Assembly (NCBI GenBank): GCA_047611865.1
Contig: JBLFWS010000094.1
Location: forward strand, 1 to 13,336
DNA length: 13,336 nt
From: Chlamydiales bacterium
GTDB taxonomy: Bacteria > Chlamydiota > Chlamydiia > Chlamydiales > JBDQID01
Direction: 5' to 3'
Shown: in pieces, positions 7,132-13,336 of the stretch
Layout of the letters: each line of letters opens with the position of its first letter
How positions within the stretch are numbered: position 1 is the first letter of the stretch
The notes under the pieces: model-generated
Seen by the model: only the letters and a program-made list of their open reading frames with translations
Told to the model about the DNA's origin: nothing
Databases searched by the model: none
Translations under genes and position numbers: made by a program

Positions 7132-8840
7132 GTAAAATACTGTGCAATAGGATTTTCCTTTCGAAAAAAGCATTCCTGGATTATAGTAGTGCTTCTTATT
7201 ATGCCGAAGTGGCGAAATGGTAGACGCGGTAGATTCAAAATCTGCTTCCGTTCGCGGAGTGCCGGTTCGAGTCCGGCCTTCGGCACATCACCGGAGACTT
7301 TTTCAGAAATGATTGAGTTCTCCGGTCTTTCTTTTTTTAAGTCCTTGTTTTTCTGTAAGATAAGAGCGAGTGCTGAGTTTAAGGCATCGGTTCGATATTT
7401 CCCGTCCTCAAAAGTCAGCTTAAGTGGGAAAACCGAACCAAGTAATTTTTTCTTTATTTCTAAAGAAGCTTTATCAAAGTAGTGGTCAAGATTCGCCAGG
7501 ATGTTCATTCCGAACGTGCAGTATTTCTCGAAGGCAGTGTCGGAGGCTGTGAGCTCCTGGATGGTCTGCTCATTTGTTGCGATTTCTGACAAGGTGTGAC
7601 TCTTAAGCCTTTTGTACGAATCCGCTTCTAAAGATTCTTCGACAAATCTTTGCTGATCGAACTTGAGAAGGTTTGCATTGTGTCCATGTATGAGATTTTG
7701 CAGCTTTTGGATTTGTTCCTCGCGGCAGCCTTCTTTGGCTTCGAATAACTTTTTCATCATTGCGAGGTAAAGCTCGACTACTTCTGGTGGGGACTGCAAG
7801 CCTTTTAGGAAGTCCCTGAAGGCATCATTAGCTTCAGAAGCATTTGCCCTTGCCTTACATCTATTGTCACAGTGGTAGTAGGCATATTTGCCTCCGTTGC
7901 CCCTGGAAATACTGCCGGTCCAATTTTTTTTACATTTAGGGCATAGGAGGAGCCCACGGAGAGGGAATTCTTCCCTGAGCTTTTCTTTTGTGGAAATGTG
8001 GGAATTTCTTTCTGCACGGCTATTGAGGATTTTTTGAACTCTGTAGAAGGTATCTTGGAATACTATGCCTTTGTGAATTCCTTCTACAAGTTGGCTTGGC
8101 TCATCTTTGGTTTCCGGAACAAAGATTTTACCCATATAGATTGGGTTTCGCAGCATCAATCCGAACTGAGTTCTTTGTAGACGAAGGCCCGTTTTCCAAG
8201 AAGCCTTACGAACGTCTTCGATAGCGAAGGCATTTGTAGCGAAAAGTTCGAAGGCCTCTTTGACAAGTTCCGCTTCTTCACTGTGTACAAGTAATGGTGT
8301 TTTCGATGAGCTTCGGTCTTTCTTGAACCCTTTAGGAGTTTGTCCGTACGGATAGTGGCCTTCTTTGAGAGCACGGTAGACTCCTGCCTTAGTATTACGA
8401 GCTCTGATCCTATTGTCGATTTCGGGAAGGGTCATGTGGATCATTTTGAGAAGAAGGCTTTCAGGATTGTCTGAGTCATCCTGAAAGTCAATTGACTTAA
8501 CTTCCGTACCGTATTGCTGGAGCTCCCTGCACATCATGATGGAGTTTTCTACATTGCGTGAGAACCGGCACCATTTGGTAACAAACAGATAGTCGACTTG
8601 TTTTTTGTGTCTTTGGAGATACGAGATGAGGCGTCGAAAGTTGGGGCGTTTGAAATCTTTAGCACTGAAGCCGTCATCTTCGAAATGTTCGATGACTTGG
8701 ATTCCTTGTCTGGCACATTCCTTTCGTAGGGTGTCTTCTTGATGGGGCAGGCTGAAACCTTGTTCAGCCTGTTCATCCGTTGATACTCTAGTATAGATTA
8801 CGGCAGTTTTCCGAATCTTTTTCTTGCTGAATGATTTCAT
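7128..8840 (-). CDS. Large serine recombinase/integrase (resolvase + recombinase + Zn-ribbon + coiled coil)
   Basis: IYTRVSTDEQ (catalytic Ser20 from ATG 8840), GFSAKDFKRP, KWCRFSRN, recombinase domain (PKGF...EEAELVKEAFELF...LRNPIYMG...HKGIV) and Zn ribbon (FPLRGLLLCPKC...YYHCDNRC). The ORF continues antisense through the tRNA and stops at 7128-7130. Confidence 0.93.
   Translation of the reverse strand: MKSFSKKKIRKTAVIYTRVSTDEQAEQGFSLPHQEDTLRKECARQGIQVIEHFEDDGFSAKDFKRPNFRRLISYLQRHKKQVDYLFVTKWCRFSRNVENSIMMCRELQQYGTEVKSIDFQDDSDNPESLLLKMIHMTLPEIDNRIRARNTKAGVYRALKEGHYPYGQTPKGFKKDRSSSKTPLLVHSEEAELVKEAFELFATNAFAIEDVRKASWKTGLRLQRTQFGLMLRNPIYMGKIFVPETKDEPSQLVEGIHKGIVFQDTFYRVQKILNSRAERNSHISTKEKLREEFPLRGLLLCPKCKKNWTGSISRGNGGKYAYYHCDNRCKARANASEANDAFRDFLKGLQSPPEVVELYLAMMKKLFEAKEGCREEQIQKLQNLIHGHNANLLKFDQQRFVEESLEADSYKRLKSHTLSEIATNEQTIQELTASDTAFEKYCTFGMNILANLDHYFDKASLEIKKKLLGSVFPLKLTFEDGKYRTDALNSALALILQKNKDLKKERPENSIISEKVSGDVPKAGLEPALRERKQILNLPRLPFRHFGIIRSTTIIQECFFRKENPIAQYFT
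7203..7285 (+). tRNA. tRNA-Leu(CAA)
   Basis: Acceptor GCCGAAG/CTTCGGC with discriminator A, D-arm GCGAAATGGTAGACGC, anticodon arm GTAGA-TTCAAAA-TCTGC, long variable arm TCCG-TTCG-CGGA and T-arm GCCGG-TTCGAGT-CCGGC. CCA is not encoded (followed by CAT). Confidence 0.97.
7290..7338 (+). terminator. Hairpin plus T-tract directly after the tRNA, inside the recombinase CDS on the opposite strand
   Basis: ACCGGAGA (7290-7297) pairs with TCTCCGGT (7319-7326), with an inner TCA-GAAA-TGA stem-loop, followed by CTTTCTTTTTTT. Confidence 0.65.
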
Positions 8841-8952
8841 ATTCAATGTTACAAATCTCTTCTAAATATTTTTTGATGACCTTTACTTCTGCCAAATTAT
8901 ACTGTTTATCTCCGGAGTTGAGAATCTCCATTGCGGACTTTTCAGAAAGCAT
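8788..8952 (-). CDS. Small 54-aa protein overlapping the recombinase start (not in the ORF track)
   Basis: Manual translation: MLSEKSAMEILNSGDKQYNLAEVKVIKKYLEEICNIEYEIIQQEKDSENCRNLY*. ATG at 8952 is preceded by GAGGTGGCA (SD), and TAG is at 8788-8790. It overlaps the recombinase ATG frame by 53 nt. Confidence 0.7.
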   Translation of the reverse strand: MLSEKSAMEILNSGDKQYNLAEVKVIKKYLEEICNIEYEIIQQEKDSENCRNLY

Positions 8953-8954
8953 TG

Positions 8955-9041
8955 CCACCTCATGTGAGGTAGAAGACCCCGAACAAGGTCTTTGCTCGTC
9001 GTCTTAGGTGCTTATGTTGCGATGTTCAACCGCAGATTATA
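8955..9041 (-). promoter_or_regulatory. Putative -10 box and structured 5' leader of the small-ORF/recombinase unit
   Basis: TATAAT on the minus strand (9041-9036) with no clear -35. It is followed by hairpins UGCGGU/AUCGCA (9034-9018), AAGACCUU-GUUC-GGGGUCUU (8992-8973) and CUACCUC-ACAU-GAGGUGG (8972-8955); the last contains the SD. Confidence 0.5.
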
Positions 9042-9053
9042 TTGTATAAAGCC

Positions 9054-9938
9054 TTAAGCATTGTTATTTATGTATTTTGAAACAGTTCGTTTTTTTGCAA
9101 CAACCCGGCCTTTCTTGATGTTGCTTTCGAGCTTTACATCATCGTAGTTAGTTGTGAGATCGTAATCAGAAATTGAGGCATCATTGAAATATTTAATCAT
9201 TTTCAGTTGGGATAGTCCATCTGCTGAAGTTTTGTAGACGACCAGTTGATCAAAATCTTCATTTTTGATGGCATCTACAACTTCATTTTCTTTTATGGAA
9301 ATGGAACGGGTGAGAGGTGGTTCAGCTTGGATGTCTCTTTCTAAGGTTTCATTCAGGAGGTTGTTTATATTTATAGAAATGTGGTTTAGGCATCCTGTTA
9401 TATAAGGGACTTCAATTGCCGGAATAAATTCGTTAAAGCTTAAGAATTCAGCCTGACCTTCAGGGAGAACGATAAAGTAGACTGGTTGTTTGAAAAGGAT
9501 TGCAGCAATGAAGTAATACTCGACAAAAGAGATACGGCACTTTTTTGAGATTTCTTCAAAATAGAATGGTTTGAGCTTTCCTATTGTCTCCAATGAAATT
9601 CCAAACTTTCTCAGATCTCGAATAATTTTTAACCATATACATTCGGTGACATTAAATTTTCGCCACCCTCGATTTCCCTCACGCTCACATTCGATAAGAC
9701 CTAGAGAATCCCAATGGTTCAAGACTCGTGAAGAGGTGTCACTTGGGCTTATTTTTAGGTTTCGTTTTCGAAGGTTGTCAACTAGGCGAAGTGATAATTC
9801 AGAATCTAAGATTTTTGAAAGGTTGAGGGAGAAGGTTTCTCCACGAAAGAGTGTAGGGCCTACGCTTTTACGGTTTAAAGGGTTGGGGGCTCTCTTCTTG
9901 TCTTTTAGTGAGCTTTCTGTGGTGGTAATTTTTGGCAT
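9054..9938 (-). CDS. MerR-like winged-HTH DNA-binding protein with an uncharacterised C-terminal region
   Basis: SSRVLNHWDSLGLI...GWRKFNVTECIWLKIIRDLRKFGISLETIGKL is a MerR-type HTH pattern. The ATG at 9938 has SD AAGAGGT and is preferred over the track's TTG at 9956. Confidence 0.75.
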   Translation of the reverse strand: MPKITTTESSLKDKKRAPNPLNRKSVGPTLFRGETFSLNLSKILDSELSLRLVDNLRKRNLKISPSDTSSRVLNHWDSLGLIECEREGNRGWRKFNVTECIWLKIIRDLRKFGISLETIGKLKPFYFEEISKKCRISFVEYYFIAAILFKQPVYFIVLPEGQAEFLSFNEFIPAIEVPYITGCLNHISININNLLNETLERDIQAEPPLTRSISIKENEVVDAIKNEDFDQLVVYKTSADGLSQLKMIKYFNDASISDYDLTTNYDDVKLESNIKKGRVVAKKRTVSKYINNNA

Positions 9939-9955
9939 TTGAACCTCTTTTTGCA

Positions 9956-9981
9956 AAAAACTTACATTTATGTAAGTTTTT
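9956..9981. promoter_or_regulatory. Perfect 12-bp inverted repeat, candidate operator
   Basis: AAAAACTTACAT-TT-ATGTAAGTTTTT, 17 bp upstream of the MerR-like ATG in a divergent intergenic region. Confidence 0.6.
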
Positions 9982-10210
9982 GGGAAAGGAATCTTTCTGA
10001 AAAGGTTTTTTGTGGTGTAGAAGTTGGTAAAATTCTAGTAAGGAAGTGGTAGGGTCTTTTCGTGAGTTAAAGAGTCTTCAGCTTCTTCGAAGAAAGTTTT
10101 TACTGTTCCTGTATGGTACTCGATGCTTTGCACCTCTTGATCTAACTTTTTCTGTGGTTTTAACTTTAATTACTAAAATGTAAATGTAGAGAGGTACAAG
10201 GAGGTAGAGC

Positions 10211-10870
10211 ATGCTATGGGAAACGAGAAGTAAAGCAGAAAAAGAGTTTAGGGAAGATTTAAAAGAGGTTTATGAAGCTCTTTCAGATGGAGTTTCGTTG
10301 TTGGATAAAGCAATTGATGAATTTGAGAGGTCTTCAGACAAGGATTTGTTTTTTCGCTTGTGTGCATTAATTTCTCTTAAATCTAAGAACTTAGTTTTGG
10401 CCTTGCTATCCCTTATAATGGAGGGGCTGGCTCAAGAGGGAGGGGCAATACTACGTCCGCTTGTAGAGTGTACAGAGATGTTAGCATATCTTCGTTTACA
10501 TTTTGATAACCTAGATGAAGTAGCCGAAAAGATTATGAACAGGAAGATTACTGCAGGAAAAATTGGAAAGGAAATTGAAGGAGACTTTAAGGACTTAAGG
10601 AAGTATTTGAATGAGAATGCATCACACCTTAGCTTGTCTTATGATAGTTTGAGACACTGTCTTGATATGAAGACTCTGAAACTAAATAAGGTTCAAAAAT
10701 TTAACAAAAAAACTTTTCTGAAGAACTTGGAACTACTCTTTTCGTTTTTAACTTTTTTATTAAAAGAGTGTTCAAATTGTCTGGAAAAATATGGTAAGGG
10801 GGACATTTTGAAAATGCGAAAAGTTGTTATGAATAAAGGAATTGAAGCTATAAGAAGTATAGATAAATGA
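10211..10870 (+). CDS. Hypothetical all-helical protein, possibly DUF5677/HEPN-like
   Basis: 219 aa with a strong SD (AAGGAGGT, 10198-10205). The patterns G..QEGGAILRPLVE......Y and RKYLNENASH recall DUF5677-type proteins. The family call is tentative. Confidence 0.55.
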   Translation: MLWETRSKAEKEFREDLKEVYEALSDGVSLLDKAIDEFERSSDKDLFFRLCALISLKSKNLVLALLSLIMEGLAQEGGAILRPLVECTEMLAYLRLHFDNLDEVAEKIMNRKITAGKIGKEIEGDFKDLRKYLNENASHLSLSYDSLRHCLDMKTLKLNKVQKFNKKTFLKNLELLFSFLTFLLKECSNCLEKYGKGDILKMRKVVMNKGIEAIRSIDK

Positions 10871-10891
10871 GCTAACAACGTTGAGGGTTCT

Positions 10892-12130
10892 ATGGAAGTT
10901 GGGATTGAAAGAGGAGAAGAGACTGACAAGATTTTTGTAGTACTACTGTCTTTCGAGTTAAAGATACTGAAAAATGATTTGTTGGGCGTAGAAGGTGTTT
11001 TCAATTGGGTTAGCGATATATTTAGTCAAATCGGAGCTTCTTTCAATACTAATAGAACAGAAGACAACGGTAAAATCATATTATTTTACGACATCCCGAA
11101 AATTGAGGGGACTTATGACAAAATTGAAATGAGGGGAAAAAAACTGAAAGAGAAGATTGAAAACTGTAAGATTAGAATGTTTTCTACTTGGGATAGTACC
11201 ATATGGAAACGTTCTGGAGCGATACCTGAGGAGGATGAAGATCATGTTGATCGAATCACTAGCCAGGAGGATTACAGAGACCGTGAAACAAGAGAAAGTG
11301 CGCTTGATGAAATATTCGAAGAATTCAAAACTTGTTTCAAAGAAATTAACGATAGGTTTCCAGATCAACGTATTGAAAAAGATGATACAGAGATTTCAGT
11401 GGAATTAGATCCAAACCTTGTGGATCAGATTCAGCAGTTTGAAGGTTTGTTAGGCAATGCTTGGCTAGAAAAAAGTGAGGAAAGTGGTGAAAAGGGTAAT
11501 CCGTTACCTGATTATTTGAAACGAATTGATGTGCAAAAGTTTTATGAGCTTTTGCTAGAAAATAAAGGAGATACAAGGGAAATACACGAATCTTTGATTC
11601 ACACCCTTTTTGATATCAAAATGCAGCTATTTTTTATCCTTGAAGTGGAAATGCGTAGTTATAATCGAATACTTCAAGAAATTAAATCGTTAGCGGACCT
11701 AAAAAAGAAGCCCTATTTGGCATTAAGGAAGCTCTCTATAGATCAAAGCTTAATAGTGAAAAACCGGATTCTTTGGGAACGAGTAATGAACTTTGTTTAC
11801 TGCTTGGGAAATGAAGTGAAAGAATTTAAGGTAAGTAAAGGGGGGTCAAAACTTGGTAAATTTTTTGAAAAAATTAAGGGAACAAGGTGGGAATTTTTGA
11901 AATTCTATAAGTCATTGGCTGAGAATTTGAATAACAGATGGAGAACAGGTGAGGTTCACAAGGGTTCTGTTTTGAGAGGCATCTTTATTAGAGGGAGAGT
12001 TGCAGATTTTTATGAAATTAACGAGATTACCAATGTTGTCCTCGCAGTTCTTTGGCCTAATTTACTCCTAATTCTGCAAGGAGGAAATCCTCAAATACCT
12101 TATGTGTCGACTTCAGGGTATCGCAGGTAA
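10892..12130 (+). CDS. Hypothetical protein with a C-terminal HEPN-like domain
   Basis: 412 aa with SD-like GAGGG at 10883-10887. The helical C-terminal half has RILWERVMNFVY and an R-x4-H motif, RTGEVH (11942-11959). Confidence 0.6.
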   Translation: MEVGIERGEETDKIFVVLLSFELKILKNDLLGVEGVFNWVSDIFSQIGASFNTNRTEDNGKIILFYDIPKIEGTYDKIEMRGKKLKEKIENCKIRMFSTWDSTIWKRSGAIPEEDEDHVDRITSQEDYRDRETRESALDEIFEEFKTCFKEINDRFPDQRIEKDDTEISVELDPNLVDQIQQFEGLLGNAWLEKSEESGEKGNPLPDYLKRIDVQKFYELLLENKGDTREIHESLIHTLFDIKMQLFFILEVEMRSYNRILQEIKSLADLKKKPYLALRKLSIDQSLIVKNRILWERVMNFVYCLGNEVKEFKVSKGGSKLGKFFEKIKGTRWEFLKFYKSLAENLNNRWRTGEVHKGSVLRGIFIRGRVADFYEINEITNVVLAVLWPNLLLILQGGNPQIPYVSTSGYRR

Positions 12131-12170
12131 AAGTTTTTAGAAATTCATCGGGCTTTTATAAGTTGTAGAC

Positions 12171-12270
12171 TTGCAGGCCTGACCCCCGTGTGACTCCAGT
12201 GACTCAACAGGTCGTAATTCCCGTAAAATTCACGGAATTCCCGGGAAATGATTACGGGTGACAGTAATTA
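12171..12270. repeat. Cluster of short degenerate direct and inverted repeats between convergent cargo genes
   Basis: TGACCC/TGACTC/TGACTC at 12180, 12191 and 12200. AATTCCCG/AATTCACG/AATTCCCG at 12216, 12227 and 12236. Palindrome TTCCCGGGAA at 12238-12247. Inverted pair CCCGTAA (12220-12226) / TTACGGG (12252-12258). Confidence 0.55.
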
Positions 12271-12302
12271 AAGTGTTGAATTTCGTTGAACATGTGCAAT
12301 TT

Positions 12303-13336
12303 CTAGCGTTTCATGTAAGCAGTTTTTTTAGGAAAAAAGGGATCTTCTGGGCAAACAGCGAAGCTAACGATAATGTCTGGTTTAAGGTCTTTTGCTTTTT
12401 CGTCTAGGTAGAAAAGAAGGTGCTTTTCAACATTTTCTAGAGGCATATCATTGACACAGACGGCCATTAGAAGTTTGTTTTCCTTCATGATTGACACTAC
12501 TCTTGCTTGTTCAGGTTCTAATTGTGTGGTTTTAAATTCCAAGAGCTTTTTATGTAGTTGATGGAGAGCATCTAGGCCAAATTGGACCAGTTCCGTTGCT
12601 ATGAAGTGGCAGATAGGGTCTTCGTCTGATTTTAAGCTGCTTATAATATTTTGAATGCCAATGGGTAAATTCAGTTTAGCTTTTTGATTTTCTTCATTAA
12701 AAGAATTTTGGAAATCGTCGATTAGAATCAAATTACCTTCATCATGTAATTCCCCATCAAAAAGTCCCAAATTCCAAGAGTCAAAGAAATCCAATTCATC
12801 TGTTGTATGAATGTGAGCAGGAGAGCAAACGAGATTAGATTTTTCTATTAAATAGGAAAGAAGTATTTCAGGCTGCTTATGACATCGCTCTAGAATAATT
12901 TCGAAGTCAAATATATTACTTATAATGGGGTAGTCTGTTTCGCGGATAACTCCAAATTTTTTCAAAGGTGAAACGTCGCAGATTAGAGAATGCAGAGGCT
13001 TTAATGTAATAGCCAGAAGTATGATGCGCAATGGTTTATCGATTTCAATATTATTTGTACCAGTTTCACTTTTAATGGAAAAAATTGGTTTTTCTGAATT
13101 TGTGAAATACTTTTCGGCTCTTTCTCCTTGTCTCCAAGCCTCACGAATTACTTTTGTTAGATGCTTGCGTATTCTTTTTTTGTTGGGTTTGGTAGATTCC
13201 GAATTTTTTAGTTTCAGAGCAATTGAGTTCCAGTCAATTTGACCAGCCTTTGCTTCAGTACATATTAAGGTGTTCCCCCAATGGATTAGAACATCGAGCT
13301 CCGCAGTACTATTTGGTTTTTCAGGGTCAGGATATG
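12303..13336 (-). CDS. NERD/PD-(D/E)xK nuclease-like protein, 5' end beyond the window
   Basis: The frame stays open from the track's 13031 start to the window edge: YPDPEKPNSTAELDVLIHWGNTLICTEAKAGQ...IREAWRQGERAEKYF...IILLAITL...DELDFF. ELD...EAK plus a downstream Q...Y helix is the NERD-type pattern. Confidence 0.7.
   Translation of the reverse strand, partial: YPDPEKPNSTAELDVLIHWGNTLICTEAKAGQIDWNSIALKLKNSESTKPNKKRIRKHLTKVIREAWRQGERAEKYFTNSEKPIFSIKSETGTNNIEIDKPLRIILLAITLKPLHSLICDVSPLKKFGVIRETDYPIISNIFDFEIILERCHKQPEILLSYLIEKSNLVCSPAHIHTTDELDFFDSWNLGLFDGELHDEGNLILIDDFQNSFNEENQKAKLNLPIGIQNIISSLKSDEDPICHFIATELVQFGLDALHQLHKKLLEFKTTQLEPEQARVVSIMKENKLLMAVCVNDMPLENVEKHLLFYLDEKAKDLKPDIIVSFAVCPEDPFFPKKTAYMKR

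Larger units (their letters stand above)
7286..13336. mobile_element. tRNA-Leu-integrated genomic island, left part; right end outside the window
   Basis: An integrase abuts and overlaps the tRNA 3' end. Housekeeping synteny stops here, and only an HTH regulator and AT-rich hypothetical or nuclease-like genes follow. I saw no duplicated tRNA 3' fragment within the window. Confidence 0.8.

Noticed and set aside
7159..7187. Possible tRNA promoter TTTCGA-N17-TATAGT
   Set aside because: The position is plausible but the -35 match is poor. It cannot be supported without TSS data.
7189..7482. 97-aa plus-strand ORF over the tRNA
   Set aside because: Shadow ORF made of the tRNA sequence plus the antisense of the recombinase, with no protein features.
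8788..8846. Programmed frameshift fusing the 54-aa ORF to the recombinase
   Set aside because: It would need a +1 shift and I see no recognised slippery site. The recombinase has its own ATG at a normal distance from the catalytic Ser.
10035..10170. Short open stretch on the minus strand (LKPQKKLDQEVQSIEYHTGTVKTFFEEAEDSLTHEKTLPLPY)
   Set aside because: No ATG or well-placed SD, and no recognisable similarity. It could be a gene remnant but is unsupported.
10868..10894. ORFs 10211-10870 and 10892-12130 are in the same frame, separated by a single TGA and seven sense codons (possible read-through or split gene)
   Set aside because: This arrangement arises easily by chance, and the second ORF has its own SD-like GAGGG. 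It would need fused homologues for support.
10871..11014. attC-like pair GCTAAC...GTTAGC starting right after a stop codon
   Set aside because: It spans 144 bp and lies mostly within the next CDS. Inner pairing is weak, the boxes do not fit RYYYAAC/GTTRRRY, and no integron integrase or second site is visible.
12176..12260. CRISPR array or iteron interpretation of the short repeats
   Set aside because: The units are 6-8 bp, degenerate and irregularly spaced, with no spacers, cas genes or rep gene.

Overview
The window has two parts. Bases 1-7131 look like core chromosome of a Chlamydiae-phylum bacterium, probably an environmental lineage. They hold a plant-UGP3-like UDP-glucose pyrophosphorylase, then stand-alone SWIB, an LpxG-like metallophosphoesterase, ispD, truA, a HAD hydrolase and a lipoprotein with a degenerate M15-peptidase-like motif. 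From memory, this order matches C. trachomatis CT460-CT465. At 7203-7285 there is an intact tRNA-Leu(CAA), and an integrated element begins at its 3' end and runs past the window edge. The element's large serine recombinase points toward the tRNA and has no stop before it. Its reading frame crosses the whole tRNA antisense, so the last ~52 aa are encoded by the tRNA and its upstream flank. The same coding stretch forms a terminator-like hairpin for the tRNA on the other strand. Upstream of the recombinase lie an unannotated overlapping 54-aa ORF, a three-hairpin leader that buries its Shine-Dalgarno (SD) sequence, and a MerR-like HTH gene preceded by a 26-bp palindrome. The cargo is two helical HEPN-like genes and a window-truncated NERD/PD-(D/E)xK nuclease-like gene. 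A repeat- and hairpin-rich spacer separates the second HEPN-like gene from the nuclease-like gene. All family assignments come from visual motif recognition; no searches were run.
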